A stretch of DNA of 64,000 nt. It comes from Marsupella aquatica (lineage: Eukaryota; Plantae; Marchantiophyta). Shown here piece by piece: positions 49,871 through 64,000 of the stretch; position 1 is the stretch's first letter, and each line of letters opens with the position of its first letter. The stretch spans positions 806,860 to 870,859 of the forward strand of contig OZ316893.1 in assembly GCA_973895155.1 (NCBI GenBank), written 5' to 3'. The translations under genes were made by a program, and so were the position numbers. Under the pieces are notes generated by a model. The model saw only the letters and a list, made by a program, of their open reading frames with translations. It was not told where the DNA came from and searched no databases.

Positions 49871-52800
49871 TTTCACCTAATTGTTTATTGTTCCAGAATT
49901 TAACCTTCTATATTTAATCCGTTTATTAGTTAACTTTCTTTTTCTTGCCTTGCATCAGCCTTGCATCAAACATCAAACATGAGATGTTGTGTTTGCTCCT
50001 TCCTGTTTGTGAGCGAAACTGATATGTTGTGTTTGCTCCTTCCTGTTTGTGAGTGAAACTGATGTGGCTCAAAATGGGATAGAAAATTTGGACGAAGGTT
50101 CCCATGGGGGTCAGAAAAAACTATTTTGAAAGACCAAATAGGCATGTTACTTTGAATTCAAGATCACGTCCACCACAATTACAAACGGTCACTTATGTTA
50201 CCCTAATAGTTGTCGACATACTGACACTTATTCAAGTTACAACTCAAGATCACGATTAGTGTCCATCACGATTAATGTCATTTCTGTTACGCTAGTAGTT
50301 GTGGACATACTTACACTTATTCAAGTTACTCAGACGAATTTCATCAACACCAAATTAGTGTTCCTAACACTAGTAGTGGTGAACAGTGCAGTGGTCCACC
50401 TGAGCAGGTGTAACTCTACTCCTCCATCCGCGAGTGTTTGGCAGGAGTGAATCTTTCGTTGGGCTCCTTGCACAATAGAGATTGCTTTAGGGAAAGGGAA
50501 CAAAATTCATCCCCAGGATCCGGCAAAAAACCTTAACCCAAAAGAAAAGTACAATAGGACGGACAGTTGTTGTAGTTTAGGGTTTAGGGTTTCACTCAGA
50601 CGAATTTCACCAACGTGGACAACACAGCCAAATATCGAATTTCATAGATACCTCCTTGTAGTAGCCACCTCTTCACAACGTCATCAGCCATGGACCGCGA
50701 TATGGCCAAGATCAGTAACAGAAGAAGCGAGGAGACCTCTCAGACAGTGAACTGCCAACCAGCGTGACGTCCACCTGATGTGGCCAAGTCGCTACCCAGC
50801 CATACCAATCTGCTTCGCAGTCCATTACAGACTCAAGAGGATATTTCCCCTGAGACTAGTACCTTTGATGTTCTACAGGTCAGATTGTGTTGAAATATGG
50901 CGGGTTCCAATTCTGATGAACAGGTAGCGAATTGTAACAAGTAAACAGCAGATACGATTTTCAGACATGTGATTGGAAACCGCGCAGGAGATATTGGAGG
51001 ATAAGTGGTCTCCGGCTTATTAACGTTCTCAATTTTGACGCGACACATAGACTCACAGCAAATCCAACGAACTAGTCAAAACCACTCTATGTATAGCTCA
51101 CAGGACCTACAGAAGTGTATGAAGAGCTATCATCCTCATATAATGTGGGGTTGAATGAGGAGGGCATGCTGGGCACCATGACAATTTAAAACGAATGCAG
51201 GGTCAGGGATTAGAATCCCTGAAGCCAAGAGGGTCACTGACATTAGTTTGAAACGTACTCATGAGAGAACCACTATGCCTGACGTGTACTTGGCCCCTTC
51301 CGGACTCTGCTTTAACCCTCTCCAGTCCTGATAGGGTTGATTACTGTAATGATTCATCTACCAATGCTGTAGCCTCAAGATACATGCATAACCAGCATCC
51401 TATGCTTGCCAAAACCTACGAGAAGAATGGAATTTCGATTCAACGGAATTTTGCACTTACCTCTCTTGCTCAAAGGGTCGAGACAAATGCCTCAACTCCG
51501 GGGGTACAGGCTTTCGTCCGTAACCGGGCAATTGCTATATATAACGAAATCACACTCTTCCTGCGATTCACAATACCCACCCGCAAGCTCTGCCCGGTGC
51601 TTTCTCGTCTGTAACCTAAATGTAACCTAGTAGTCAAAATTACAACACATCCATCTTCCTAAGTACGTAATTGAGCTCAGACCGAAAAGACACCATTATC
51701 ATTCTAAAAGCACCTGGGTTCGTTACGAACGAGTGATCCAAGAATGAGACTTCGTGATACAGAGCCCCCCATCCTAGCTTGCTCTACGTCTCCGGAACGC
51801 TGGTGAAGCTCGCTCCGTCACATATGCGTCACCTATCACAAACTATTCGCCTCAACTGATATTGGACAACCAAAAGTCATCATTTTGCCTCCGTACTGCC
51901 AAATATACACCATCTCAGACAGAAATCATCAAGAAGATCCTGCTGGACCGGTAGTTGCTGCGCAGGTGAACTAACTTCGAGAACGACGTCTAATCACACT
52001 GACGGCATTAACCCGTGCCTCACAATGACATCCAGCGGTACTGTATTGGTGCCTCAACCTGAAAAATATTCGAATAAACGCCAAAGGCATCATCCACACA
52101 TGGAATGATGTCCGTGTAGCACAAATCATTTGACTAAATACAGACCACCACTAGTTTCCATATGCTAGAGAAGACCTGCAGGTCCTTCATTGAATTCGCA
52201 ACCTAATAGATTTTCAAGCTTATACGGTCTCATATTATGCTAGACACGTTGAAGGATGATGACCTGCCTCTGGCAACGACGAAAAGAATACTAATCACCA
52301 CGACCATAACCTTGGGGCGTAGTAAAGTACGCAGGATGAGGTCAAAGTAAGGACCTAAGGCTCCAAAACGGTGTGAATTGAGCGTACGCCATTTAATCCT
52401 TAAGCCGTAATCTTCAAACAAGATGAGCAAAAGACTAAAAGATTACACAAGATCCTTTTATGTACAAATCAGTATACGAAATGGTCGATCGCCTCCTTGA
52501 AGTTGCATCCACTCTCTTGAGTCTGTAGTATACACGTGGTTTCAGCGTAGACAAGGATCTTGTCATCCAAACAAATTGGTAACACCTTTCGTTAATATAA
52601 TAGATCTCTCCACCCTTGCTTCCACATAAATTCAATTTAATAGCGTGTCCAGCTCATTACATTCATGGACTGCAGCGCCGCTGACACGACACAGACTCCC
52701 ATAAGGTACCAGTGCTCAAAACAGGAACCCAGACAGGTTACTGCGGTAGAACCTTTATATCAGGCTTACAAAAGCGCGTCTACTTCATTGACTCAAACAG

Positions 52801-52909
52801 CAATGACATCCAACATTCTGTATTATTAAGTTGACAACAAAATAGCATACAACTGAGACACTAGACTACCTTCCACTTCTGATTTTTGGAATATTCACAA
52901 AGATAAGTG

Positions 52910-55900
52910 TTACTGACTGTCCTGCCTGTCATCTTCCACGTCAAGAACACCTTCCCCAGAAAGGCTAAGCGTCCGGCTAAGCTCAAGTCGATACTCCAAA
53001 CCTCTCATGTGATAACCCAAGAGTGTGCACCTGGACCAGTCACACCAAACAACCAACGCGTGATTTCTGATTCTATATTGAAAATTAACTTCAGAAGATC
53101 AAATCCAGTTGCGGACACGCAATGGCCAACCTAGAGAGCAAGAGTCGTATATTACTGAAGCGGAATTCGCCACCTCCGTATCCCTCCAGAAACAAACGGA
53201 ATACTTACCAATTTCCTGAGAAGAAATGACGTCAACTCCATCTCGAAAAGCAGAGGCGATAACTGCACCTTCCTAAGTCACAAGTAACTAGCAACAATGT
53301 GCAGTCCACAGTTAGCTCTCTGGGTTAGTGTTAGCGAGGATTAGACTACATACCAGAAAAGAAGCCGCGCAAGATAATCTCGTGAAGACGTCAAAGCTAC
53401 TGAAGACTGGAACTGTAGTGGAATGTTCCCAATAACGTCAGCAGATCCATTCTCGTCCCAAGAGCTTGTCAAAGTACTCGTTCCAAATGGAGGCACTGCA
53501 GGGGTCTCCTTTGGTATCATCATTCCCAATATTCCTGCGACGACCTGCTCAACTACTTCATGAACCTCAGGTGAAGGCTGAGATAGTTCGGTTACCTGTT
53601 CAGGCAAATCAAATCGTCAGTGTTAAGACTACTCCCAAGAACATTACATCAAGAATGGGATTTTCTGAAAAAAATGGTGCTCGTCTTCTACCAAGAAAGT
53701 GTTCGTTGAACGACATGCGCCTGATAACTTCCGTATAGCTGCAACATACCTTTTCAGGTTGCAATGATCTTAGGTAGTCCAGCAGATCGTTCTTCTCTTG
53801 TCTCATCAGCTCTAACGATGACAGAGCGTTCCTGCAGTGCTCAAGCTCCTGCATAAGAAAATCGAAGAAAACCGGTCAGTACCTTAAGACCCTAACGAAG
53901 CACACTACTGTGTACATCCATAATGTCCAAAGGTCGGTGACACAATGACATCCAGTGAAAAACGGTGCACACCATTGACCATGTACAATTGCCAGGATTC
54001 TTGGAATTGACCATGTACAATTGCTGTGCAAACTTTAACGAGTTGTGCACCTGTCCAGGATGAGGACCTTGCAGGTTATATTGCCAGTTGAGATCAGATA
54101 AGAGGGAGTGCAATTAACTCTCTTCCTTAAAGGTCTATCTTCGTCCGGCAATGGAAAACAGCCACTCTGGCGATACAGGGAGGAGTGGAAAACCCGCACC
54201 GTGTGACAGTGGCAGTTCGACAGAACAACTTGTTTACTACATTAGTTGTTAACAACCTCGAGGTCCATGCATGTTTACAATAAGATTGAAGACCTACACT
54301 AAATTTCTTCTGGACAAATAGATCACATCAATAACCAGCAACAGCAACTTACTTTTGATGCAGCAGACAATTTGGCCTGCAATTGTAAAATATAACTGGC
54401 AGTCTCAGAGGAAACATCACCAAGTTCGTCTGGAATAGGAACCTGCTCGTCGGCGTTTAATTCTTCAGGATCCACTTCCACCAAATGTAGTCCATTATCA
54501 GAGTGCAATGGTTCTGCGTGTCTGTCTTCGGGTCTAGGTGTCTTTAGGTCTTCAGAATCATTGGTTTCATCATCAAGCAAGTCCAAGTTGCGCTGTAAGC
54601 AAAGCCGGTATTCTGCATTTCGCAATGTGTACCTGCAACAATCAGCACGAAGTCAATTGTACCAACTCAATCTGGAAGAAAATACATTCATTCTTGTAGA
54701 AGAATCTCCAAACATAACCACCAAGCGGGTGGTTACCCGACAACAATCAGGCCCACGTATGAACTGTGGCGCAAGTACTCCCAAGCCCCAAGCCCAACAC
54801 CCCACCCCACCGCCCCCCCCCCCCTCTTCCCCGCTACAGCTTGTCTACAAGTTATATCTTATTTTCTTCACGACACGTCGCTTCGCGACTCGGTGAACCA
54901 CACGAAGGCAGCATTTTACACGATGAACTTCACTCTAGAGGACACCAAAAAATCATCATTTGTTACCCTGTCATCATGGAAGATACAAGAAGTCGAGCAA
55001 GATGATCAGGTGGTGTCTCAATTGTGACTTGAAATTGATCTGAAGGAAGAAGTCCCAGCATCCCCGATATAGTTCTCTTCATTGCACTGGTGCTGTCTGG
55101 GGATGCATCTTTACTGATGAGACTTATATCGAGGGGTTCAATTTCTCGAATCAAGCTCAGAAGTACTGATCCCTCCTGAAAGTTGCCAAAACATGCAATG
55201 AATGTAAGAGATGAAGGCACAGAACAAAGATGCCAGCCGTCTCCGAGGAAAGTTTGACAAATTACAGTCGAGTAACCGAGCACACGTACCGTACCAGTTT
55301 TTTCAGAAGACACCGGCACCACAAGGCAGTTACAAAAGTAAAATTAAATAAAATGCATCAAATTAAACTTTCTTCGTTGGGAAGACCTCATGCCGCAGAC
55401 AATGAGGAAGAGTTGCAAGAGAAATGAAAGGGCGAAAATGTAAAAAAATTATAAAAAAACACTTAGAAGCAGGTTAACAACTGCAAAGGATACCCCTAAC
55501 GAAGATTCGTAGTTTAAATATGGAACATTTAAATTATTTAACCAAATATGGCTGCGGAAGGAATGGACAAAACCAATCGCTGGATGTTCAATTGGCGTGG
55601 TCGACCCAGCGAACAATTTCACACTAGGTCTACAAAACACGAATTGCATTAGACGTGAACTTCATAACTTCCTCGCTTATAGAAGGCAAGGGAAAGTAGT
55701 GGCCGCAGAGGTTAGACAACTAGTCATTTGCAAATGACAGTCATTGCCTACTTATCTTTTTGCAACCGTAAACCACCAAATTGCATCGTAGGATACTTCA
55801 GATATCCCAGAGGACTGATCTCAGTTGACCGCTTGCTTTTAAAACAGGCAGACCAGCGCCATAGAGGTAAAGAGGGATCGTGTTAAACCGATTCACCTCT

Positions 55901-56577
55901 ACGGAAAGTTCTCCAGGGAGCTAGGCAAAAATCTACATATCCTAGGCAGACGGGAAGGCACGTCCAGAAAACATTGGCCTGACAGGTAATCGTTTGGAAA
56001 TGGCAAAAAGATGGCCAGACAAAGTTGCCAATTGAGATAATTGAGAAGTTGCCAATTGGCAGTTGTTTCAGACACACGGCACAGCGTTATCCTGCTGTGT
56101 CGTGCTTCGATTCTGCGATTACTAGAAAAATCGAAATGGAGAAATCGTTCCAGACCCAGGGTAAGCTCCTAGCGTATTGGAAACTGCAAGCATTCCTTCA
56201 GAACGGCATACCTTAATAGAAGTCTCATTTTGCGAAGTGAAGTGGACATTAGCAGGACTCTCACTGCTATCGGCACCTTCCCAGAACGCGCCATTTACTC
56301 CACGCATGAGACATACCGGCCCCCTGCTAAGCATTTCCCTGCCCTGCAATTGCGACAGCCGAGTCAGCGCAGCAGCCCCAGCCCCATACCGCTGCCACCC
56401 CGATCCCGTCCCGAAATGCACCGTCTCAACCCCTAATTTCCAAACCTCCGCGAATGCACCCGATCTCTGAAATCTGGTCGCGTTCCATCCACTGCAGCAG
56501 CCCGTCCCCTCGGTTCCTCCTCTCCCCGACGCCGCTCCTCCTCCAGTCACAGCTGCTCTCGCCAAACTGGATGCCAT
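52910..56577 (-). CDS. DUF760 family plastid protein (UV-B-induced At3g17800-like); exons 56577-56212, 55175-54967, 54632-54353, 53848-53750, 53595-53354, 53030-52910
   Basis: AMKRTISGMLGLLPSDQF, LARLLVSSMMTG|YTLRNAEYRLCL, EKNDLLDYLRSLQPEK, SRDYLARLLFW|CTLLGYHMRGLEYRLEL; GT-AG introns in phase; transit-peptide-like N-terminus. Confidence 0.93.
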
Positions 56578-57739
56578 CACCGCCCCGTCCACCACTTCCC
56601 CTCCTCCTGGACCTCACTCCGGCCCTAAAATCCTTCTATCAACACACGCTTCTACCTACATCGCACCCCCACCGAGTGCACACCCTGTGTGAAGTGTGGT
56701 GCTGCTCACTTTCTCTGCCACCACCCGCCGTGCCGCAGCTCCATGCCATCGCCCACGCCATCGCTGCCCATCCTGCTCGTCATCGCCTCTCCTCTCCTCC
56801 TCCCTCCCCTCCCTTCTGTCACCTCCCCCGCCTCGCCTCGTCTTCGATCAGCCCCCCGCGCTAAAACCTGGAAACTGCTCGATACCAAAGGAATATGTTA
56901 GGGTTTAAACGCCTTCTTCGAATGTGAAATTACCCTGATCGAGGTGACAGGTCCTGTATTAATTGCAAAATCTAAAGTCCATTGTGATTTCTTCAGCTTA
57001 ACATCGCAAGATCAAAGTCAACCACACAACAGTGAAAAGTACCAGAGCTCCAGCCTTCCGAGCCATGCCCTTGGATCTTATATCAGACTGCTCGACATAA
57101 CCTCTTCTTTGCTCCCCATTCTCAACGACTATTTGTCTCCTAATTTTTTGATAAGGTGCAGCTGCCCGTAAAGTTGCATCCACAGCCAATCGCTTCACAT
57201 GACTCTAATCGAAGAGAGTAAATGAAATAATGTAAAGAACTTGCAAGTCCGCGGGGATCCATGGGCATTAGAATACGCAAGGCATACCTTGGAAGCATGG
57301 GCTTGATATATCGTCCTCTGCCCTTAGAGGATATAACATTCTTGGCACGGCCTCAGCAAAGAAAGCACTTGGGAAACGTTATGAGTTTGTTGATAGACGA
57401 TCATCAAGCAGGACCAGAAAAGCTTACAAGAGAAGTTCTACTTGGGTGACTAATTGTTATCATAACCCACGGAATGTGTCCAGTACATCTAAGAATGGGA
57501 GGCGAATCCGACAAGTAAAAGTTCCAGAACTCATTGCTTTCTTCAGATCATCCACACCAACCCCGTTAAGGCCCTGCAAAGCGACAAATACGGCACCCTC
57601 ACGGCCATTAGCTCCGCCTCTTCCACACATAAGTCTCAGATATACACCCGGTTTGTACTTGTCCACATAAGTCTCGCATATACACCCGGTTTAGTCTCGC
57701 ATATACACCCGGTTTGTACTTTTCCGGCAAATAAAGTCT

Positions 57740-58195
57740 TTAGAGACCGTCAACCGGCAAGTGAACCCGGACCGTCCTGGCCCCGGCCCGAGTTCCTCAC
57801 TTCACCCACTTCCCCCCGGCCCCATCCCCCGGTCTCCCCCCTTTACGCACATTCCCGGCCCCATCCCCCGGTCTCCCCCCTTTACACACACTCCCGGCCC
57901 CAGGTCAGCCGGGCCGGGCCGGGCCGGGCCAGAGTTTAGGGTTAGGCCGGGCCGGCAGGGAGGAGGGGAGGAGGGGAGGGGAGGGCCGGTTCTGGGGGAG
58001 GGTTGGGTCCCAGGAGGGCAGGGCCGGGTCCGGGAGGGGAAGACAGGCAGGGTCTGGGACAAGGCCGGGTTTTGGCTGGGAAGAGTTTGGGCCAGGCCGG
58101 GGAATAAGTGCAAATATCCGTCAAATAGGGGCATTTTAGTCCAGCAAATGCCGAGTTTACGTGCCAGGCAAGTCGGCAAGTTGCCCGTCACTTCA
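57740..58195. repeat. GC-rich repeat, possible hAT-type MITE
   Basis: GCCGG pentamer runs and a tandem duplication (CCCGGCCCCATCCCCCGGTCTCCCCC at ~57815 and ~57854); TIRs weak, no TSD confirmed. Confidence 0.4.
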
Positions 58196-59037
58196 AACCG
58201 GGGATATACAGAATTGAAAGGGCTGACAACAAAAAACCTCAATCGATACAAACACAAAATACAACCAGAAGAGCAGCAAGTACCAGACAGCCGCCACAGA
58301 TGGCCTCCATGACGAGATATTTGATTTGCTCCTTGCTTAAGGTGACCTCCTTCAGCCACTCCCTCCCCATGATTTCCTGCAAACCCAACCTCGTCAATGA
58401 TTATAATTCTTCTAGTAAATGACATCACATTGGGAATAGAATAGTCTTGCTACCATGAAGAAAAGAAAAGGAAAAAATAACTAAGATTGTGGCCTGATTT
58501 CCATCCTAAGTGGTTTTTGCTTATTGCAGTGTGTAATATGGATAGATGCTCGATCAGAGAAAAAGACAGCCCAATAGCTAGTTACACAACAGGTTTCCAA
58601 AGGACTTGTGTCGATAAAAACTGCTTAACAACTCAGCTTCGTAGGACACAAAAAACTGCCCTTTTACATCTGAATTTTTTCTTAAAATGACTTGTCCACA
58701 AAGCTGTCACTTCCATTCAGTATTCAACTCTAAACCCTGAAACCTCAAAACCAGTATTGTAAACCCAAACTTACAATTTGCAAAATGATTTGGCTAAATT
58801 CAGCTGCCACAAACTCTTTTTGCAGCTCTCCATTCCTCTCGTAAACCCTGTTGTCCACCAATCATGGCATAGTGAATCCTAAATCACTTGTGTCTTTACA
58901 ATGTCGATTGCTTCATTGACATACGTCTGCTTGCACTTGCTTTGCATTTTCTTGAAACTGAGTAGCAATCTCCTCAACATTAACTTGGTCGTCAAAGTTC
59001 ATCTCATTATCTACATAGAGCCAGATATTATGCACTT

Positions 59038-59382
59038 TTTTAAGATTTACTCTTAGGTCTAGAGTTACGACTGTACCATAGTTAAGGCTAACCTTAGTCA
59101 CAGACTTGGTTAGGTTAGTCATGATGTGCACACTCTATAACCAAGCGGTGTTTGCTTGGAGAGTGGGAACTCAGGCTCATTGTTACGGAGCTAGTTGAGA
59201 GATAGAGAGAGCTTGCGCTATGGATGCTTGGTATGGTCGGTCGGCCTAGAGTGCAGTAAAGCTCATGTGTGTTCCCGTGGACGTAGCCTCATGTGGAGGT
59301 GAACCACATATCTCTCTATGTCAACTCTTGTTTGTTGGATGGTTCATGTGCTTGCCATTGCAATTGTCGTCTATGCTCAACA
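59038..59382 (+). mobile_element. Solo LTR of the Copia family at 35482
   Basis: Ends GTCGTCTATGCTCAACA (reverse complement of the 35482 end); CACTT TSD at 59033-59037 and 59383-59387; 5' TG mutated. Confidence 0.85.
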
Positions 59383-59420
59383 CACTTCACAACATCAGGT
59401 ATGGGATCAACAAAACATAT

Positions 59421-59619
59421 TTTAATTACTTTGCCACTAAAGATGTTCTAATGTCACTGTTTTTTCTGTATTTATAAAAATGTCATGGTTTCGTATTCGG
59501 ATGACAAGTTTACCAGGGTTACCAGGGGAACTATATACAAAAACAGTGACATTTTTATAAATCCAAAAAAATAGTGGCAGTTTAGGGTTCAAACATCTTT
59601 AGTGGCAATGTACTTAAAA
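59421..59619. mobile_element. ~200 bp fold-back MITE-like element
   Basis: TTGCCACTAAAGATGTT...ATTTATAAAAATGTCA is mirrored by TGACATTTTTATAAAT...AACATCTTTAGTGGCAA. Confidence 0.7.
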
Positions 59620-60329
59620 GCTAATCAACAAAATTCATTCAAATGTACTTCCTGATTGCTCTCACAGCTGTGACCAATCCAAGTAATATGAAGTGATATA
59701 GGGCAAAGACAACGCACGAGTAATAGGGGTTATAAGTAAACCTTAGATTGGTTGCAATTCAATAATTAAGAGCACCTTCGTCGGGGTTGTGTGTGGCAAT
59801 TTGAGAAGGGTCTACAAAGGGTGCCAAAGCTGACACCCTCTATTTCCACTACATTCTCGAATTTGGTGAGCACATTGAGTAAAAAATTGCTAATTTCTTC
59901 ATCTAGAAGGTTGATCTCATCCACTTACAATAGACCCTGGTATGGGTATCAACCAAGATTCCCTGCTGAAAAACAGTCATGCTAGTCTTCATTGACTCTT
60001 CCACATGAACAGAACCTAGGAGACGATACTCTATTATACCTTTCAGGGTTAACTCTTGTCTTGGGTTACTTCTTGTTACTTAGGCTAAACTATCATTAGG
60101 GTGTTAATGGTGATGAGTCACAACTTTTGCATCTAGCATATAGAGGGGCTAGGGAGAGCTCTTCTTGGAGACCCATGCTCATTGTTGAGGGAGCTAGCTA
60201 GGTGCTAGGAGGAGAGCTTGTGCAAGGAGACTTTGTGTGGCCATGGTGGCCAAAGCTTAGTAAAGCTCTTGTGTGTTCCCGTGAACAGAGCCTTGACAAA
60301 GGTGAACCACGTATCTTGGTGTCGGTGTG

Positions 60330-60663
60330 TGTTAAGGATTGCTCTTAGTCTTGTGACTCATAGGTTACGGCACTTAGGCTAACCACAGTTAGGATCTTAG
60401 CTGAGGTTAGGTTAGTTGTGTGTGACCTTGTATATACCAGGGCTAGTGTAAGCCGCTGGTGTGTGGTGCTAACTCATTGTAACAGAGCAACAGGAGGAAG
60501 AGAGAGAGAGCATGTAAGTTCGTCTACTCTTGAAGTAAAGCTTGAGTGTTCGTGTGGACGTAGCCTTGGAGAAAAGGTGAACCACGTAGAGATTGTGTCG
60601 ACTACGTGTGCATAGAATGAATCATGGTTGTATGGTCATTGCGAATGACGTCTTAGTTCAACA
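60330..60663 (+). mobile_element. Solo LTR nested in an older related LTR (~60050-60719)
   Basis: TGTTAAGG...GTTCAACA with GTGTG TSD; the host shares GTAAAGCTCTTGTGTGTTCCCGTGAAC and GGTGAACCACGTATC motifs with the Copia LTR. Confidence 0.9.
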
Positions 60664-62339
60664 GTGTGTGCATGCTTGCTGGTTCTGCTTGTGGTTGTTT
60701 CGTGACAGTTTTCGCAACAATACCAAGAAGAATCTGGAAGTGTTGGGGACAAACAACTAATTATTCCAATTAAATAAGCAACCAACCACTTTGATGTAAC
60801 ATACAAAAAAGTACCCCAAATTTTCAGGTTGCAAGAAACCAATTCATCCCCTTGGAATTACAAGGGGGCAGTGCAATACAGTCTATCACAGGGGAAAGCA
60901 AGATGTTAGAGGAGGGATCTGCTCACTACCAACTTGCACAAATGGAGCTCTAATACTCGTTTGTGCAAAGCAAGATGGGAAAGTGGAGCTCTTGTGGGAA
61001 TGCAAAGTTCAGAATACTCGTTTGTGCATTGCAAGACTCTGTGTGAATTAGACTGTCCGCTGGCATTGCTCTGACTAATGTATTTTCCTTTTTTCTTCGA
61101 GTAATAGTCTACCGTGCAAAAGTATAATCTACCATGCATAAGTGGAAGGCCTGGGAATGAGCCCTGTCTTGCACTTATACATGCTTTGTATTATAGCGTA
61201 GTGCAAACGCAATCAATCGCATACGTCAAAAGCGTATCTGACTTCGCTGTGCTTTGCATAGGCCATAGGGGCTTTGCACTCTTACCCTGCTAAGAGGATG
61301 GCGGGTACTTCAACACTTTGTAAGGATTCACTCATGTAAACTTGTCCTTCATTTATCATTAAAGCCATCTCTTACTCTTCATGTACTTGTGGGGATTTGT
61401 ATGCATTTATTATGGTTTGTACTTACACATTTTTTGTCTTAGTGAATGTGACTTGCACTTATCCAACCAACAACAAAAAGAGCAATACATCTAAAAATCC
61501 AGGAAAGTGTTTGGGTTTTCCTTGTACTTAACCACGTTTTGCACGTTACACACAGTCAGCTTAGACACAATGGACTGTAGTCTCAAAAAGGTGTCTTGTT
61601 AGTGTGACTGTCTAAAGCTAAAGTTCCTGAAACTCCGTTTGTTCTGATGAAACACGACAAAAACTGAAATTATCAACCACATTTTCCTTAGTATATAATA
61701 TTGTAATAATCTCCATGATGCTAGGTGTATATAGCACTGTTCTGGTAACAGGGCCATAACAGATCTCAAACACAATTTCCTTGTATATAATATTGTCCTG
61801 GCAACAATTTTCATCTGTGTACGGTAATGTCCTGGTAACAGGGCATCGTGGGCCATGATAAAAACCCACAAGGGGTTTAGCCCCAGTTGTGAGGGACTGT
61901 TGGCCCTTGTAAGAGGACATTGATACAATTTTAAGGCCAAAAATTTGTTATTTTAGTATTTTTAGTAACTTTCGAGTAAATTTAGTGGAGGTTGTCCTGA
62001 TCTAAAACTCTAGAGCCTGCATTCTTCTCTCTAAAGAACCCAAGATTACAACGAGAAAAATACCAAGTTCATTAAGGAATGACATACCAGAACATTGTAT
62101 TAGCAACCCTTTAAAGAAATGCATTTTGGCGAGAGGCATAATAGTTTTCTCCTACGTCACACTTCTCATTATGACAGCTGTCTAGATGGGCACTGCTGGA
62201 ACAGGCCTAATGACAATTGCACATTATGACCCCCCACATGTAGCTCTCTACTGTAGTTGGGCACTGTTGGAATAAGGCCATGGATCATTGCACATCAAAA
62301 ACCAGGAGCATTCAGTGTACTCTGCTGCATGGCGAGCAT

Positions 62340-62700
62340 CCCAAGGTTGAATGAATTTCCTATACCATGAGTTCATGATGAACCCTACAATTCTTTGATA
62401 TCACTCTGTTGTTATTACTCTACATATCCAGCTGGAGAATTTTGATGTGTAATTACTAGGATGCTTAGAATAGCGGTTCCTATACTGCTATATGACAAGA
62501 ATCCCCAGGGTTGAATGGACTTCCTATACCATGATGAACCCAATTGTGCTTTGATAACACAGTATTGTTGCTTTACATATCCCCGTTTGCAGCATTTTGA
62601 TGCGCAATTAGCGGGATGCCTGGAATAAGGGTTCCTATGCTCAGATGAGCTCAATTATTCTGAATAAGGGTTCCTATACCATGATGAACCTAATTATTCT
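62340..62700. repeat. Degenerate direct repeats
   Basis: TTCCTATACCATGA at ~62357, 62521 and 62671; GAATAAGGGTTCCTAT occurs twice. Confidence 0.6.
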
Positions 62701-62710
62701 TTGATATCAG

Positions 62711-62995
62711 TAGGGCGTCTCAACCCTATAGCTTTGCGGGCTCCTTCCGGTCACCTGGATGCCTTGGGTCGCTTCCCGAAATGAACACCGGGACCCAAAA
62801 TCGGGTGCTCCAAAAACGAAGGTTGAACCTTGACTCGAACCTAATTTAAGTCAGTCTGTGACAGACAGAATGTAAGTCCGGATCATAAAAAAAAATCAGT
62901 AAGAAATTTGAGGGAGTGAACTCGGCAGGCCACCTGATTTGGACGACCCGGGTCACGGAAGTACCGGGTGTCCATTGGGAATGTGAGACGCCCTA
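62711..62995. mobile_element. 285 bp MITE
   Basis: Perfect 12 bp TIR TAGGGCGTCTCA/TGAGACGCCCTA; no clear TSD, so superfamily unassigned. Confidence 0.7.
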
Positions 62996-64000
62996 GTGTT
63001 CTTTCTCTACCTGTTCCGCCCCAGCATTTTGATCTGCAATTACTACAGGGACGCCTGGAATAGCCAGCAAAGGAAGGAAGCGGCACCACCCAGTAAACCA
63101 TTATTCAGTCCGCATGCCGTGCACAGAAGAACCAGTGTAAAGGCGAGAAGTTCTTTCTTTAGTCAGCTTCCAATCAGGAAGGGGAAAAGAACCAATTTAG
63201 GAAAACGTCCCCAAACACAGGACTGTACACTGCATAATGTGAATAAAGACAAAGAAAAGGTGACGACGACGAGAAAAAGGAGATGGGGGGATGAGAAAAG
63301 GCAAGCACTCGATGAAAAGCGGAAACAAAGGGGAAAAAGGGAGAAAAGGCAATCACTCGATCACGCTGCGAGAGCTAATCAGTCGCATGCAGGAGGAAGG
63401 GGAATATAATTGCATCACACAACAGACAAGGCAATCCGCATTCGATCCGTCGAGCTGCGTGCGGCAGGGAGCCAATGATGAGAACGCAGGGGAGCCCCCA
63501 CTGAGGAAGCAGGGGCACTGTACACCCAGCGTTGGATCCTCCGCATAACAACCTTATCCGAAAGATCTGGCCCCGGACGACATTACCCATACGGGCTGTT
63601 GTTGTTAGAGTTAGACCATACCCTGGCAATACGGTGCAGTACCGCCCGAGCTGTAGAGTAATAAGTCGTGGAGAATTATAAGTGAAAACATTGGCCGACT
63701 GAGAGCTCAACCTTGTACGACACTGGAGGAAGCTACAGTCGGTTCCCTATGGCTGCCCAATTAATAGTATGAAGTAACGCAATTATTTTTTCGGGGGCAG
63801 AGTCACGTCACTCTACCAACCGAACACATTCAATCATGAATTCCTCCGAAAACCTGCGCCGGACAGCTTTCTGGAGTTGGGAACCCTGAAGCGATTGAGC
63901 CGGGCCGATGGGTGAGACGATGGAACTACTCCTAATCATTGCGCCTTTCTGGTATATTAGAAACAGGGTTGGTGATTGAGGCGGTCCGATGAGGAAATTA

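Noticed and set aside
50575-50592. Telomeric TTTAGGG repeats
   Set aside because: Only about 2.5 units; not a telomere or a meaningful interstitial array.
57761-58428. Pro/Gly-rich ORFs of 183 and 208 aa
   Set aside because: They arise from a GC-rich repeat; no protein family signal.

Overview
Eukaryotic, land-plant-like DNA (style suggests a bryophyte or other non-seed plant; this is inference). Two intact spliced host genes, an RBM24/38-type RRM protein (+, 9980-13796) and a DUF760 plastid protein (-, 52910-56577), flank a ~35 kb transposon block. The block holds two unusual elements, each with its own DNA methyltransferase. (1) A complete 8.4 kb Sola-like DDD transposon (26464-34884; ~32 bp TIRs, CAAT TSD) carries a divergent, intron-containing gene for a ParB-like domain fused to a beta-class amino (N6A/N4C) methyltransferase. 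(2) An 8.8 kb Ty3/Gypsy-type retroelement (39948-48772; GGGG TSD) has a DNMT3-like C5 methyltransferase inside pol, a PHD finger on the integrase, no RT core, and split direct repeats (A1...B1-gt-A2-B2) instead of normal LTRs. Both copies are decayed. Also present: a 5'-truncated Copia, solo LTRs, MITEs and a ~70 bp tandem repeat family. Coordinates were counted by eye and may be off by a few bases.
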